Virus record (IMG/VR): IMGVR_UViG_3300035208_008180
DNA length: 64,000 bases
Source: a virus
Taxonomy: Duplodnaviria; Caudoviricetes
Reading direction: 5' to 3' (one strand)
The notes under the pieces were generated by a model that did not search any database, was not told the DNA's origin, and was given only the letters and a program-made list of their open reading frames with translations. The translations under genes and the position numbers were made by a program. Below are positions 53,294 through 61,115 of this stretch, one piece after another. The first letter of the stretch is position 1, and each line of letters opens with the position of its first letter.

Positions 53294-54280
53294 CTATTTG
53301 TCCAAATCATTTACAGCAACTTCTATTCTGTTGAATACTTCAGTGATGTCTTCTTCTTTCACCGAATTGTAAACATCTGTTTTCATATCCAACACAGCTT
53401 TTCTACGAATGATTGGCTGTGGTATATATGTTTCTGCTGTTAAATTAAATTCGTATTTTATTACTCTTTTTTTTTCTCCCGGTTCTACATCTAAATTATT
53501 GGCCACACTGTCCAAGGTGACAATTGATTCCCATTGCACACCCCTAACAGCTATGTATGCAATGGGGCTAAATTTTAATTGGATTTGTTCCACTATTTGG
53601 TTCATATCTTCCACATAAAGCGTCCAAGCATATAAAGTATAGCCAATTTTTACGGGAAGTCCCCATGCCACGCCAAAAACTGTATCTCTTTCTTTGCGTT
53701 CTTTTACAGTAAAAGTAGGCTTATTATCGGGACGATACTTCAGGTAATTTACAGCCTTGTGATAAATATATCGATCTCTAAATAATTCAAAACTAGTATC
53801 ACGGATAGCCAGCATTGGCAATTTAGGACGATCTGTTACCAAAGAATTATCTTTGCGAACATTATGCTGGAGAATAACAGCCACAGCCCTTTCTTGACTT
53901 CCCCAAATAATAGGCACCGGATGTGCTTTTCCATGAGTATCAATAGTCACAAGTCCTGTAAACAAATCTCTTACCGCTTCATCACACCCTCTTTTAGCTT
54001 TTGTGTATCGATAAACATATTCTCTGGTAGGGTGCTCTAAATCATTGATAATTTGGCCTGTTTGCATTGGATCGCAATTGCGATGCTTGCCAAGTGGAGA
54101 ATTTTCACAATTAGCATCAAGCCAGCCATAATCTATCCCTGTTTTTACTCTATTTAAACTATCTCGATCATCTTCACAGTATTTTGGTGTGATATCGTTA
54201 TTCATGTCTCCTTGCAAACCAATATCATTGCAAGGATTCAAGGATTGCTGATCGGGATTACCAGGGTTTACATTTGCCAC
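53294..54280 (-). CDS. Tail terminator/sheath stabiliser (T4 gp15-like)
   Basis: VPIIWGSQER, LPMLAI, PVKIGYTL...DMNQIVEQI...FSP; GTG start after AGGAG. Confidence 0.75.
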   Translation of the reverse strand: MANVNPGNPDQQSLNPCNDIGLQGDMNNDITPKYCEDDRDSLNRVKTGIDYGWLDANCENSPLGKHRNCDPMQTGQIINDLEHPTREYVYRYTKAKRGCDEAVRDLFTGLVTIDTHGKAHPVPIIWGSQERAVAVILQHNVRKDNSLVTDRPKLPMLAIRDTSFELFRDRYIYHKAVNYLKYRPDNKPTFTVKERKERDTVFGVAWGLPVKIGYTLYAWTLYVEDMNQIVEQIQLKFSPIAYIAVRGVQWESIVTLDSVANNLDVEPGEKKRVIKYEFNLTAETYIPQPIIRRKAVLDMKTDVYNSVKEEDITEVFNRIEVAVNDLDK

Positions 54281-54418
54281 AAAAACTCCTAAATGAAATA
54301 CTTCAATATTCAAAAATCCACAAAACGTATTCCAACTTATTCAGTGGTTGTTTCTCAGAAGTATTTATCCAAACCACAATTACCTTTACGATGGTTTAGA
54401 AACACTCCAAAAATCACA

Positions 54419-54958
54419 TCACTTGCCGACCGGGGCAACGGACTTACCTTTGTTTCCTAAAACCTTAAATGGTTCAACTGTTCCGTTTTGAGCCACATGT
54501 CCTTTATAATCAGCACTTAAATCTTTTGTTAAATCACGAGTGCCTTTGGATTTCTTTTCATCACAAGCACATTTCTTCATGCCATGAGGTGCAGTAGGAC
54601 GACCATCACACTCTCTTAACTCTACCCATTTGCCAAATTTCATAATGTTTCCTTCGTGTCTGTATGGAAGTTCTGAACGATCACCCGAAGCAGCAGCCAT
54701 TGCCCTTAGTTGCGTAACATCAGGACTGTAAGGAGTTGCTGATCCTCTGGTCAGGGCGGTTGGTGGCAAGTTTCTTTTGGATGGTCGAATTGACCAAACA
54801 AGCTTGCCACTTAAAGGGGTTCTCGCAAGCCAATATTCTTCTCCTTCATGGTTGACCAAAGTTTCGTATCCATGTCTTGGTAGTTTGCCTTTCGCAAGTG
54901 CCAGAGCGTCTTGTTGGCTTATTTGAAGAAACCCATGATCGATTGGTGTTGTTTTCAT
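54419..54958 (-). CDS. Hypothetical protein (possible internal start at 54643, MKFGKWVELRE)
   Basis: GAGG RBS; second RBS-like GAAGGA before the internal ATG. Confidence 0.55.
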   Translation of the reverse strand: MKTTPIDHGFLQISQQDALALAKGKLPRHGYETLVNHEGEEYWLARTPLSGKLVWSIRPSKRNLPPTALTRGSATPYSPDVTQLRAMAAASGDRSELPYRHEGNIMKFGKWVELRECDGRPTAPHGMKKCACDEKKSKGTRDLTKDLSADYKGHVAQNGTVEPFKVLGNKGKSVAPVGK

Positions 54959-54964
54959 AATACC

Positions 54965-55504
54965 TCAGTTTATTTTAAAGTCTGGTTTTTTTTGAGTAAC
55001 TGTTCCCTCGCCCGTGGTGGTGCTTTCTTGGAATCTGACACAAACTAATTGCAAGCGAATCTCTGCCCACATTTTGTATTCACTTAATTTTCTTTGCACA
55101 ATTTCCCAGTTTTCACCCTTATGAGGAGTGTAAATTCTAGACCCGACCTTGGGAGGATGTCCAACAGTATCAAGAACCGCTCTATAATTTAATTCAAAGG
55201 TCATCTCATCATTAGAATCAATTCCATATGAGGATTGATAATTTTGTTGAGTTACTGGCTCATACAGAGCCCACAATTGTATAGGAACGTTTGAAAATAA
55301 TTTTCCCCTATCTTCCCAATACAACTCATCAACTGTATTGCTGGTCTGAATATAAACTTCATAATAGATAATAGGAGCCCCGGTACGTTGGATAAGTTCT
55401 TGATCCCAGAGATTAAAGGTATTAATTTCAGGATTGTTAGGATCAAATTGTTGAGCAGAGCCAACTACGTTATAGGGCAACCCATCACTTCTTCTGATAG
55501 TCAT
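54965..55504 (-). CDS. Neck/head-closure protein (T4 gp14-like)
   Basis: ELI..G..I.Y...DELYWED...YGIDSNDE...PKVGSRIY. Confidence 0.65.
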   Translation of the reverse strand: MTIRRSDGLPYNVVGSAQQFDPNNPEINTFNLWDQELIQRTGAPIIYYEVYIQTSNTVDELYWEDRGKLFSNVPIQLWALYEPVTQQNYQSSYGIDSNDEMTFELNYRAVLDTVGHPPKVGSRIYTPHKGENWEIVQRKLSEYKMWAEIRLQLVCVRFQESTTTGEGTVTQKKPDFKIN

Positions 55505-55533
55505 ATGGGTATTTATCCCCACAAGTTATATTT

Positions 55534-55944
55534 TTAGCCACCGCCTGCTAATTCAATTCTCGGACTCACAGCAATTGTTCCACCACCAGCAGGTAAATTA
55601 AATGGAGCACCAGCAAAACGCTCGGCCCATAATAACTCAAGCCCAGTAATATCAGTTACATAATAGCCGTACACTGTTGCCCCTGTTGTAAAAGTAAAAG
55701 TTTGCTGAGAATATAATCCAGTAGTTGTACCGCCAACTGATTGAACGGTCCACTGTGCAGAATCTAGTGTAATGGGACCATTATTATCAGTTGCAGGTGT
55801 GAATGTGCCCAAAGTATCTCCATGAGCAGGAGTAGTATCACTTTTATAGAGAACCATTACTTTGTCGTCCGCTGGGGCTGGGGACATATTCAAAATATAT
55901 TGAAGTAAAAGAACTTCACCAACATCAGGACATACTATAGCCAT
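55534..55944 (-). CDS. Putative virion structural protein
   Basis: Beta-rich; VYGYYV...LLWAERF. Confidence 0.55.
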   Translation of the reverse strand: MAIVCPDVGEVLLLQYILNMSPAPADDKVMVLYKSDTTPAHGDTLGTFTPATDNNGPITLDSAQWTVQSVGGTTTGLYSQQTFTFTTGATVYGYYVTDITGLELLWAERFAGAPFNLPAGGGTIAVSPRIELAGGG

Positions 55945-56011
55945 AATTTAACCTCGCTCTTTTTAAATATTTAAGCACCAAAAATGATTTCTTTACTCCA
56001 TTAATAGAGTA

Positions 56012-56593
56012 ATGGCAATTAAAAACAAAGATGGCAGTATTTATCAGCTTAATAAGCCAAATCCATTGACCGATGGGCAGGTTTGGCGGGATATGGTTTT
56101 TTACAATTGTTATTGGGAAGGCGAAACAGTCCCCGACACAACTGTAAAACTTCCCCCCAAGAAATTTGAGTTACCTAAAATTGCTGCAAAGGAAATGGAA
56201 CCCTTATCCAAACCAGAGCCTGTTCAGCCCTTGCCCGAACTTGATAAAAGCGAAATTCCAGAACGAGTGCTTAAAAATATTGTAAGTGTATATTGTCTGC
56301 CAGCAAAAATTGAAACGGAAAAAGATGAGCTATATGATGAAGAAAGAGAAGTTGTAAAATATGGGGAAAAATTCTCTTTTGAAGCTATTATGGTGGAACG
56401 AACTGATTTGTATATAAAAATATGGACACGCAAAATTTTACCAACACAATCAATTATTTACCCATCTGTATTTGTCAAGGGAGAAATAAAGTTTGGCGAC
56501 TATCGTTGGTGGAAAGTGGTAGAAATGGAAGAAAAGTCAGGAGGTTATTTAGTAACATCCACACCCTCTGAACTGCAACCAGATTTTTCCTGA
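56012..56593 (+). CDS. Hypothetical protein
   Basis: ORF only. Confidence 0.6.
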   Translation: MAIKNKDGSIYQLNKPNPLTDGQVWRDMVFYNCYWEGETVPDTTVKLPPKKFELPKIAAKEMEPLSKPEPVQPLPELDKSEIPERVLKNIVSVYCLPAKIETEKDELYDEEREVVKYGEKFSFEAIMVERTDLYIKIWTRKILPTQSIIYPSVFVKGEIKFGDYRWWKVVEMEEKSGGYLVTSTPSELQPDFS

Positions 56594-56883
56594 AATATAG
56601 GCTTTGGATTTGTAAGTTCCCCAGATTTAATAATTGCTTTATGACCAGCCGACTCTAATGCTTGATGATGGTCTTCTACACATTTCAAATAAGCCACCTC
56701 ATAGATGTCTACTACAAATCTACCGAAATCCTCCAAATCCTTTTGCGTAACTAACACGCCACAGATACGTTGCATTAGCTCATCGTGTTGCCCATATCTG
56801 TCTTTCAAAATCTGACTTACATATTTTCTTATCATCACAAGTTGTGGATGACTAAGAGCATTGACCCAATTTTCATTTGCCAT
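56545..56883 (-). CDS. Hypothetical protein
   Basis: ORF only. Confidence 0.6.
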   Translation of the reverse strand: MANENWVNALSHPQLVMIRKYVSQILKDRYGQHDELMQRICGVLVTQKDLEDFGRFVVDIYEVAYLKCVEDHHQALESAGHKAIIKSGELTNPKPIFQEKSGCSSEGVDVTK

Positions 56884-57046
56884 TTTGTTTTTTCTCTTTT
56901 TTCTTCAACTTAACATCTCCTACTGACCGGAGTTTTCCACCGGATGGAGCCCCCTGCCAACCGCCAGACGCTCCCCCAGGGTCTTGCCCCACATAAGGCA
57001 CACCAGCACCTGCTTCTCTCATTTTTATCCATTCAGAAAATTTCAT
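56873..57046 (-). CDS. Small protein starting MKFSEWIKMRE
   Basis: GGAGG RBS before ATG 57046. Confidence 0.6.
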   Translation of the reverse strand: MKFSEWIKMREAGAGVPYVGQDPGGASGGWQGAPSGGKLRSVGDVKLKKKEKKQNGK

Positions 57047-57075
57047 ATTTGCACCTCCGTGCTCTATATATCCGT

Positions 57076-57957
57076 ATGAACAACACATTAGCCATTTCCA
57101 CGCCAAGCAAAACTTCAATGGCATCCGTTACATGTAATGCGTCTTGTAGCGACCTCGGCCCAACAGACCCACTATACAAAAATCAATTGGGACCACGCAA
57201 AAAAAGAGAGCAAGTCCGAGAGCAAATCAAAGACTACGTTCTGCTAATGCTAGGAGCCCCTGTAAATAAAATAGAATTGGATCAACAAAATTTAGACTTC
57301 TGCGTAGATCAATCATTAAAAATTATTGAAGATTATGCCCCAAGGGAATACTTCAATTACTACACATTCATAGCCACCCCAGGTAAAAGTGTTTATGAAA
57401 TGCCGCCCGAAGTTGGCATTATTAGAAATGTATATTATAAAAAACATGGAACTTTTGCCTTCCAAGCATCAGACTTAGATGGAGCCATTCCTATAGAATA
57501 TTTCTACCCAGGCGGAAGCTATGCCAGCATTCAGGGAGGTTTAATTGACCCCATTCAACCCATTTGGGGGAGAATGGGAGAGTGGACATTGTATAAACAA
57601 TACGAACAAACCTATTCTAGAATTAGTTCTAATATTGGTGGTTGGGAATTTATTAATGATATGAGAGCCGTCAAATTATATCCAACCCCCTATGCGGCCC
57701 AAAAAGTAATTGTCCAGTATTTACAAAAAATGAAAGACTGGGGCGAAGTTACACAATCCATGCAAGAACTCGCACTTACCTATGCCAAGGAAATGTTGGG
57801 AAGAATTAGAAGCAAATTCCAAACAGCCCCAGGCCCAGGTGGCGGGATTCAATTAGATGGACAAGCACTTCTGCAAGAAGCAAGAGAAGATAGAAAGCAA
57901 CTTTTTGAAGATTTGATATACAAATTCGGTGAGCCTATGGGTCCATCGCTCGATTAG
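57076..57957 (+). CDS. Neck protein (T4 gp13-like)
   Basis: KDYVLLMLGAPVNKIELD...AKEMLGRIRSKF...PGGGIQLDG. Confidence 0.85.
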   Translation: MNNTLAISTPSKTSMASVTCNASCSDLGPTDPLYKNQLGPRKKREQVREQIKDYVLLMLGAPVNKIELDQQNLDFCVDQSLKIIEDYAPREYFNYYTFIATPGKSVYEMPPEVGIIRNVYYKKHGTFAFQASDLDGAIPIEYFYPGGSYASIQGGLIDPIQPIWGRMGEWTLYKQYEQTYSRISSNIGGWEFINDMRAVKLYPTPYAAQKVIVQYLQKMKDWGEVTQSMQELALTYAKEMLGRIRSKFQTAPGPGGGIQLDGQALLQEAREDRKQLFEDLIYKFGEPMGPSLD

Positions 57958-58018
57958 TGGGACCAACTCTTGATTGAAAATCAAAATTTCTTTACTATAT
58001 AATGTAAGGAGATTTTTT

Positions 58019-58768
58019 ATGTTACAAAGAACGACAAAAGAGGTTGCACAATACTTTTCAGATAATAGATGCGAATTACTTGATGAATATATTGGTTGTA
58101 TGAATAAAATGAAATATCGATGTTCTTGTGGCAACATTTCATCAATTACTTGGAATAATTTTACTAAGGGCAAACGATGTGGGTGTGGCTCCAAGTATAG
58201 GAGAAGATATACATTTGAAGATGTAAATAAAATATTTACAGATTATGGATTTGTTCTTATATCAAATGAATATCCTGGTTATAAAAACCCACTAAAATAC
58301 AAGTGTAAATGTGGAGCAAATAGAGAAAAATCATTATATCATTTTTTACATAATGGCAAACATTGTGATAAATGTGCTCATAAAATTATGGGTATGAAAA
58401 GACGCAATCCCAATCGCTCATTCGAACGTAAATTCAAAGCAAAAATGCATAAAGCTTTGCGAACTTGTCTACAAGCTATCGGCAAGACTAAGGCAGGACA
58501 CACCGCCGATCTCTTGGGATATGGACCAAAGGACTTGCAAACAAGAGTTACTAATCACCCAGACTGGCATAATGTAAAAGATCAAGTTTGGCATCTCGAT
58601 CATATTTTCCCTATTCAGGCATTTATCCGCTATAAAATCAATGATTTAAAACTCATCAATTGCCTTGAAAACCTTCGCCCAATGAATGGAAAGGAAAATG
58701 ACATCAAGCACAATAGATACAATAAGCAGGATTTTGAGTTTTGGCTAAGACTCAAAGGAGCATTATGA
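58019..58768 (+). CDS. HNH homing endonuclease
   Basis: Treble-clef Zn repeats plus WHLDHIFP...NLRPM...N..K. Confidence 0.8.
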   Translation: MLQRTTKEVAQYFSDNRCELLDEYIGCMNKMKYRCSCGNISSITWNNFTKGKRCGCGSKYRRRYTFEDVNKIFTDYGFVLISNEYPGYKNPLKYKCKCGANREKSLYHFLHNGKHCDKCAHKIMGMKRRNPNRSFERKFKAKMHKALRTCLQAIGKTKAGHTADLLGYGPKDLQTRVTNHPDWHNVKDQVWHLDHIFPIQAFIRYKINDLKLINCLENLRPMNGKENDIKHNRYNKQDFEFWLRLKGAL

Positions 58769-58938
58769 TTACGTTTAAAGAATGGCAAGAGGGAACAATT
58801 AAAGGGCTTCCAGAACTTGGATTTACGGGTGGACCCCCAGCTTTTCACGACATAGAAGATCGGGTTGAACAACTAGAAAACAAAGTTGATTTGTTGATGA
58901 AAATAGTACGACCCGAAACTATGCGGATTGCTTCTTAA
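58765..58938 (+). CDS. Small protein starting MITFKEWQE
   Basis: AAGGAG RBS. Confidence 0.6.
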   Translation: MITFKEWQEGTIKGLPELGFTGGPPAFHDIEDRVEQLENKVDLLMKIVRPETMRIAS

Positions 58939-58968
58939 AATCCTTTTACAAAAACTACATACTTTAGC

Positions 58969-59424
58969 ATGAATTTTAAAGAATTTATTACTGAGTCTAC
59001 GACATCCAGGTATAGTGTCGAGGTAAATTACCGCACCAGAAAACAAGAGGTTTTAGAAGCGGCGGGCAAAATTACCTTGGGCTATGTTAGTGCTGCTCTC
59101 AAACAAAATGGATATCATGTTAAACAATTGTTTGACGAAACACCTATTCGCATTGTTGTTTCAACTCGCAATTTTGAAGAAGGCGAATGGGTTGGCTTCC
59201 TGATATTTTATTCTAAAGATGGCGGAAAATATGTGATTGCTAATGGATTTTATAACAGAGGACAAAAAAGCGTATCATTACAAACTTGGAAGGATGCCAA
59301 AGGTGATTCCCCCGCTGAACTAGCCGCCGAGATGAGAACGGTTATGTTTGAATTAAAAGAACGCAAAGATCGACATTTGCCCAGCTTGAAGCCCATTCCT
59401 TTAAAAAGAGGACCAAAGAAATGA
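58969..59424 (+). CDS. Hypothetical protein starting MNFKEFITE
   Basis: CTACATA late-type motif upstream. Confidence 0.7.
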   Translation: MNFKEFITESTTSRYSVEVNYRTRKQEVLEAAGKITLGYVSAALKQNGYHVKQLFDETPIRIVVSTRNFEEGEWVGFLIFYSKDGGKYVIANGFYNRGQKSVSLQTWKDAKGDSPAELAAEMRTVMFELKERKDRHLPSLKPIPLKRGPKK

Positions 59425-59729
59425 AAACATATAAGGAATTTGCGGAACAAGTTGGTGATTTTAAAGATCAGGAAACTTTATTAAAGACCTTGGGCTTAAA
59501 ATCTGTGCCTCCAAAAAAACAATTAAAAGTAGTTGGTAATACAGAGCCTGAATATGATCCCCAAGCAGAAAAGGCACAAGGTGATTTATATGCCTCTTTG
59601 GTAAAAGAATTACAAGATTTATTGGACACTTTGGACTGGGATGAAAGCAATGTGGTGGGAATTCAACAAGCTCTTGCTAAAATCAATCACCAGGGACAGG
59701 CTTATCTCAAGCATATATCAAGCAAATGA
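59421..59729 (+). CDS. Hypothetical protein starting MKTYKEFAE (internal-head-protein-like)
   Basis: N-terminus nearly matches the T4 capsid targeting sequence MKTYQEFIAE. Confidence 0.65.
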   Translation: MKTYKEFAEQVGDFKDQETLLKTLGLKSVPPKKQLKVVGNTEPEYDPQAEKAQGDLYASLVKELQDLLDTLDWDESNVVGIQQALAKINHQGQAYLKHISSK

Positions 59730-60571
59730 AATTTTTAGAATGGGCAGAACAACGCCAACAACAACCGATAGCCGCACAACCAGTCATTTCCTATGACTTC
59801 GATGGTGTTTTACACACGGACGTTTACCCTGGAACCATTCACCCCGTAGATTTTGATACCGCTGATCTTACCCCTAATTTACCAATGCATCGACAACTCA
59901 GAGACGATGCCAGAAAAGCCAAAATCATTGTTGTTACCGCTCGAAACCAAGATGGAATAATGGACGATGCCGCCAGACAGTTTGTTAGAAAGCATAATCT
60001 ACCCGTCTCTGCTTTTTTCTTTACAAATGGTGGACAAAAGGTTTCTATACTCAAACAACAACACGCAATTAAACATTATGATGACGATCCCCGGATGAGG
60101 GCTCAATTGATGGACACAGGCATTGAATTTGTTCTAGTGCGACCACAAATGGAATCGACAATATATGAGTCAGTAAAGAAAAGAAAGAAAACCAAACCTG
60201 CCGCTGGTATATTTTTCACAGACGGCAGAGCGGTGCTAATGCTCAAGCGACGACCACCAGGAAGCAATCCTAATACATGGGGACTTCCAGGCGGTCACTC
60301 AGAGGGCGAAGAAACGCCACTTATGGCCGCTCAAAGAGAAGCACGAGAAGAATGCGGCAAAATGACCGGCAAGAAATTCGGTGTGCTAACCAGCGGTGCT
60401 TGGACTTGTTTTTTTTACCAAGTGCCAAAGACTTTTCGTTGTGAAATTAGCGAGGAACACGACGCTTGGGAATGGGTAAAATTTGAAGAACTTAAACACT
60501 TGCAATTACATCCCCAATTCAAAAAACAAATGCAAAGATATATTGCATTTGTGAAAAGACACTTTGCCTAA
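59726..60571 (+). CDS. HAD-like phosphatase fused to a Nudix hydrolase
   Basis: DFDGVL...VTAR...DDD plus GGHSEGEETPLMAAQREAREECG. Confidence 0.85.
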   Translation: MKFLEWAEQRQQQPIAAQPVISYDFDGVLHTDVYPGTIHPVDFDTADLTPNLPMHRQLRDDARKAKIIVVTARNQDGIMDDAARQFVRKHNLPVSAFFFTNGGQKVSILKQQHAIKHYDDDPRMRAQLMDTGIEFVLVRPQMESTIYESVKKRKKTKPAAGIFFTDGRAVLMLKRRPPGSNPNTWGLPGGHSEGEETPLMAAQREAREECGKMTGKKFGVLTSGAWTCFFYQVPKTFRCEISEEHDAWEWVKFEELKHLQLHPQFKKQMQRYIAFVKRHFA

Positions 60572-60780
60572 ATTCTAGTGTTCCAGGCTTCTATAATTCT
60601 TTCTTCCAACACACTAAATTTTGTTTTTTCGTCCTCCGGTGGAGGCTCTACAGGAGATTGTGGGTGAATTATGCAATTTTTATTTTTGCATCCCACACGA
60701 GGCATGCTTGTCCATTTTGCTTCCCATAAAACTGCTTCACCACCGCAAAATGGACAAGGTTTAAGATCGGGGTAGCTCAT
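60568..60780 (-). CDS. Lar-family (restriction alleviation-like) Zn-finger protein
   Basis: LKPCPFCGG...IEAWNTR. Confidence 0.75.
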   Translation of the reverse strand: MSYPDLKPCPFCGGEAVLWEAKWTSMPRVGCKNKNCIIHPQSPVEPPPEDEKTKFSVLEERIIEAWNTRI

Positions 60781-61055
60781 CGTGTCTTCCCTCTACCTCT
60801 TTCAACGATAATTTCCTGTCGATCACCACTGAGATTGTTTTCTACCACTCTATAACCGATGGCATTAAAGCAAAGAACAGTACGATCAAAGAGCCATCGA
60901 TCTTTCATTTCCCCGCCAAGAAAAAGGATTTCCTTTTTAGTATGGAAAAACTGAAAACGTTGACCTGTGTCTGGAATCTTCCAGATGCCGCCCTCTTTCA
61001 AAAGAGAGACTATTCTTCGACCCCAGGTAATATCACTTGGACTAGGTTTCCACAT
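60777..61055 (-). CDS. Hypothetical protein
   Basis: MWKPSPSDI...GGIW. Confidence 0.5.
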   Translation of the reverse strand: MWKPSPSDITWGRRIVSLLKEGGIWKIPDTGQRFQFFHTKKEILFLGGEMKDRWLFDRTVLCFNAIGYRVVENNLSGDRQEIIVERGRGKTR

Positions 61056-61058
61056 AAT

Positions 61059-61100
61059 AAAAATCCGCACCCGCCCAAAATTGCTTCTGAGCGGGTGCGG
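61059..61100 (-). terminator. Intrinsic terminator after the MVP-like gene
   Basis: CCGCACCCGCTCA/TGGGCGGGTGCGG stem plus T run. Confidence 0.75.
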
Positions 61101-61115
61101 TCGAAAGGAGGCTAC

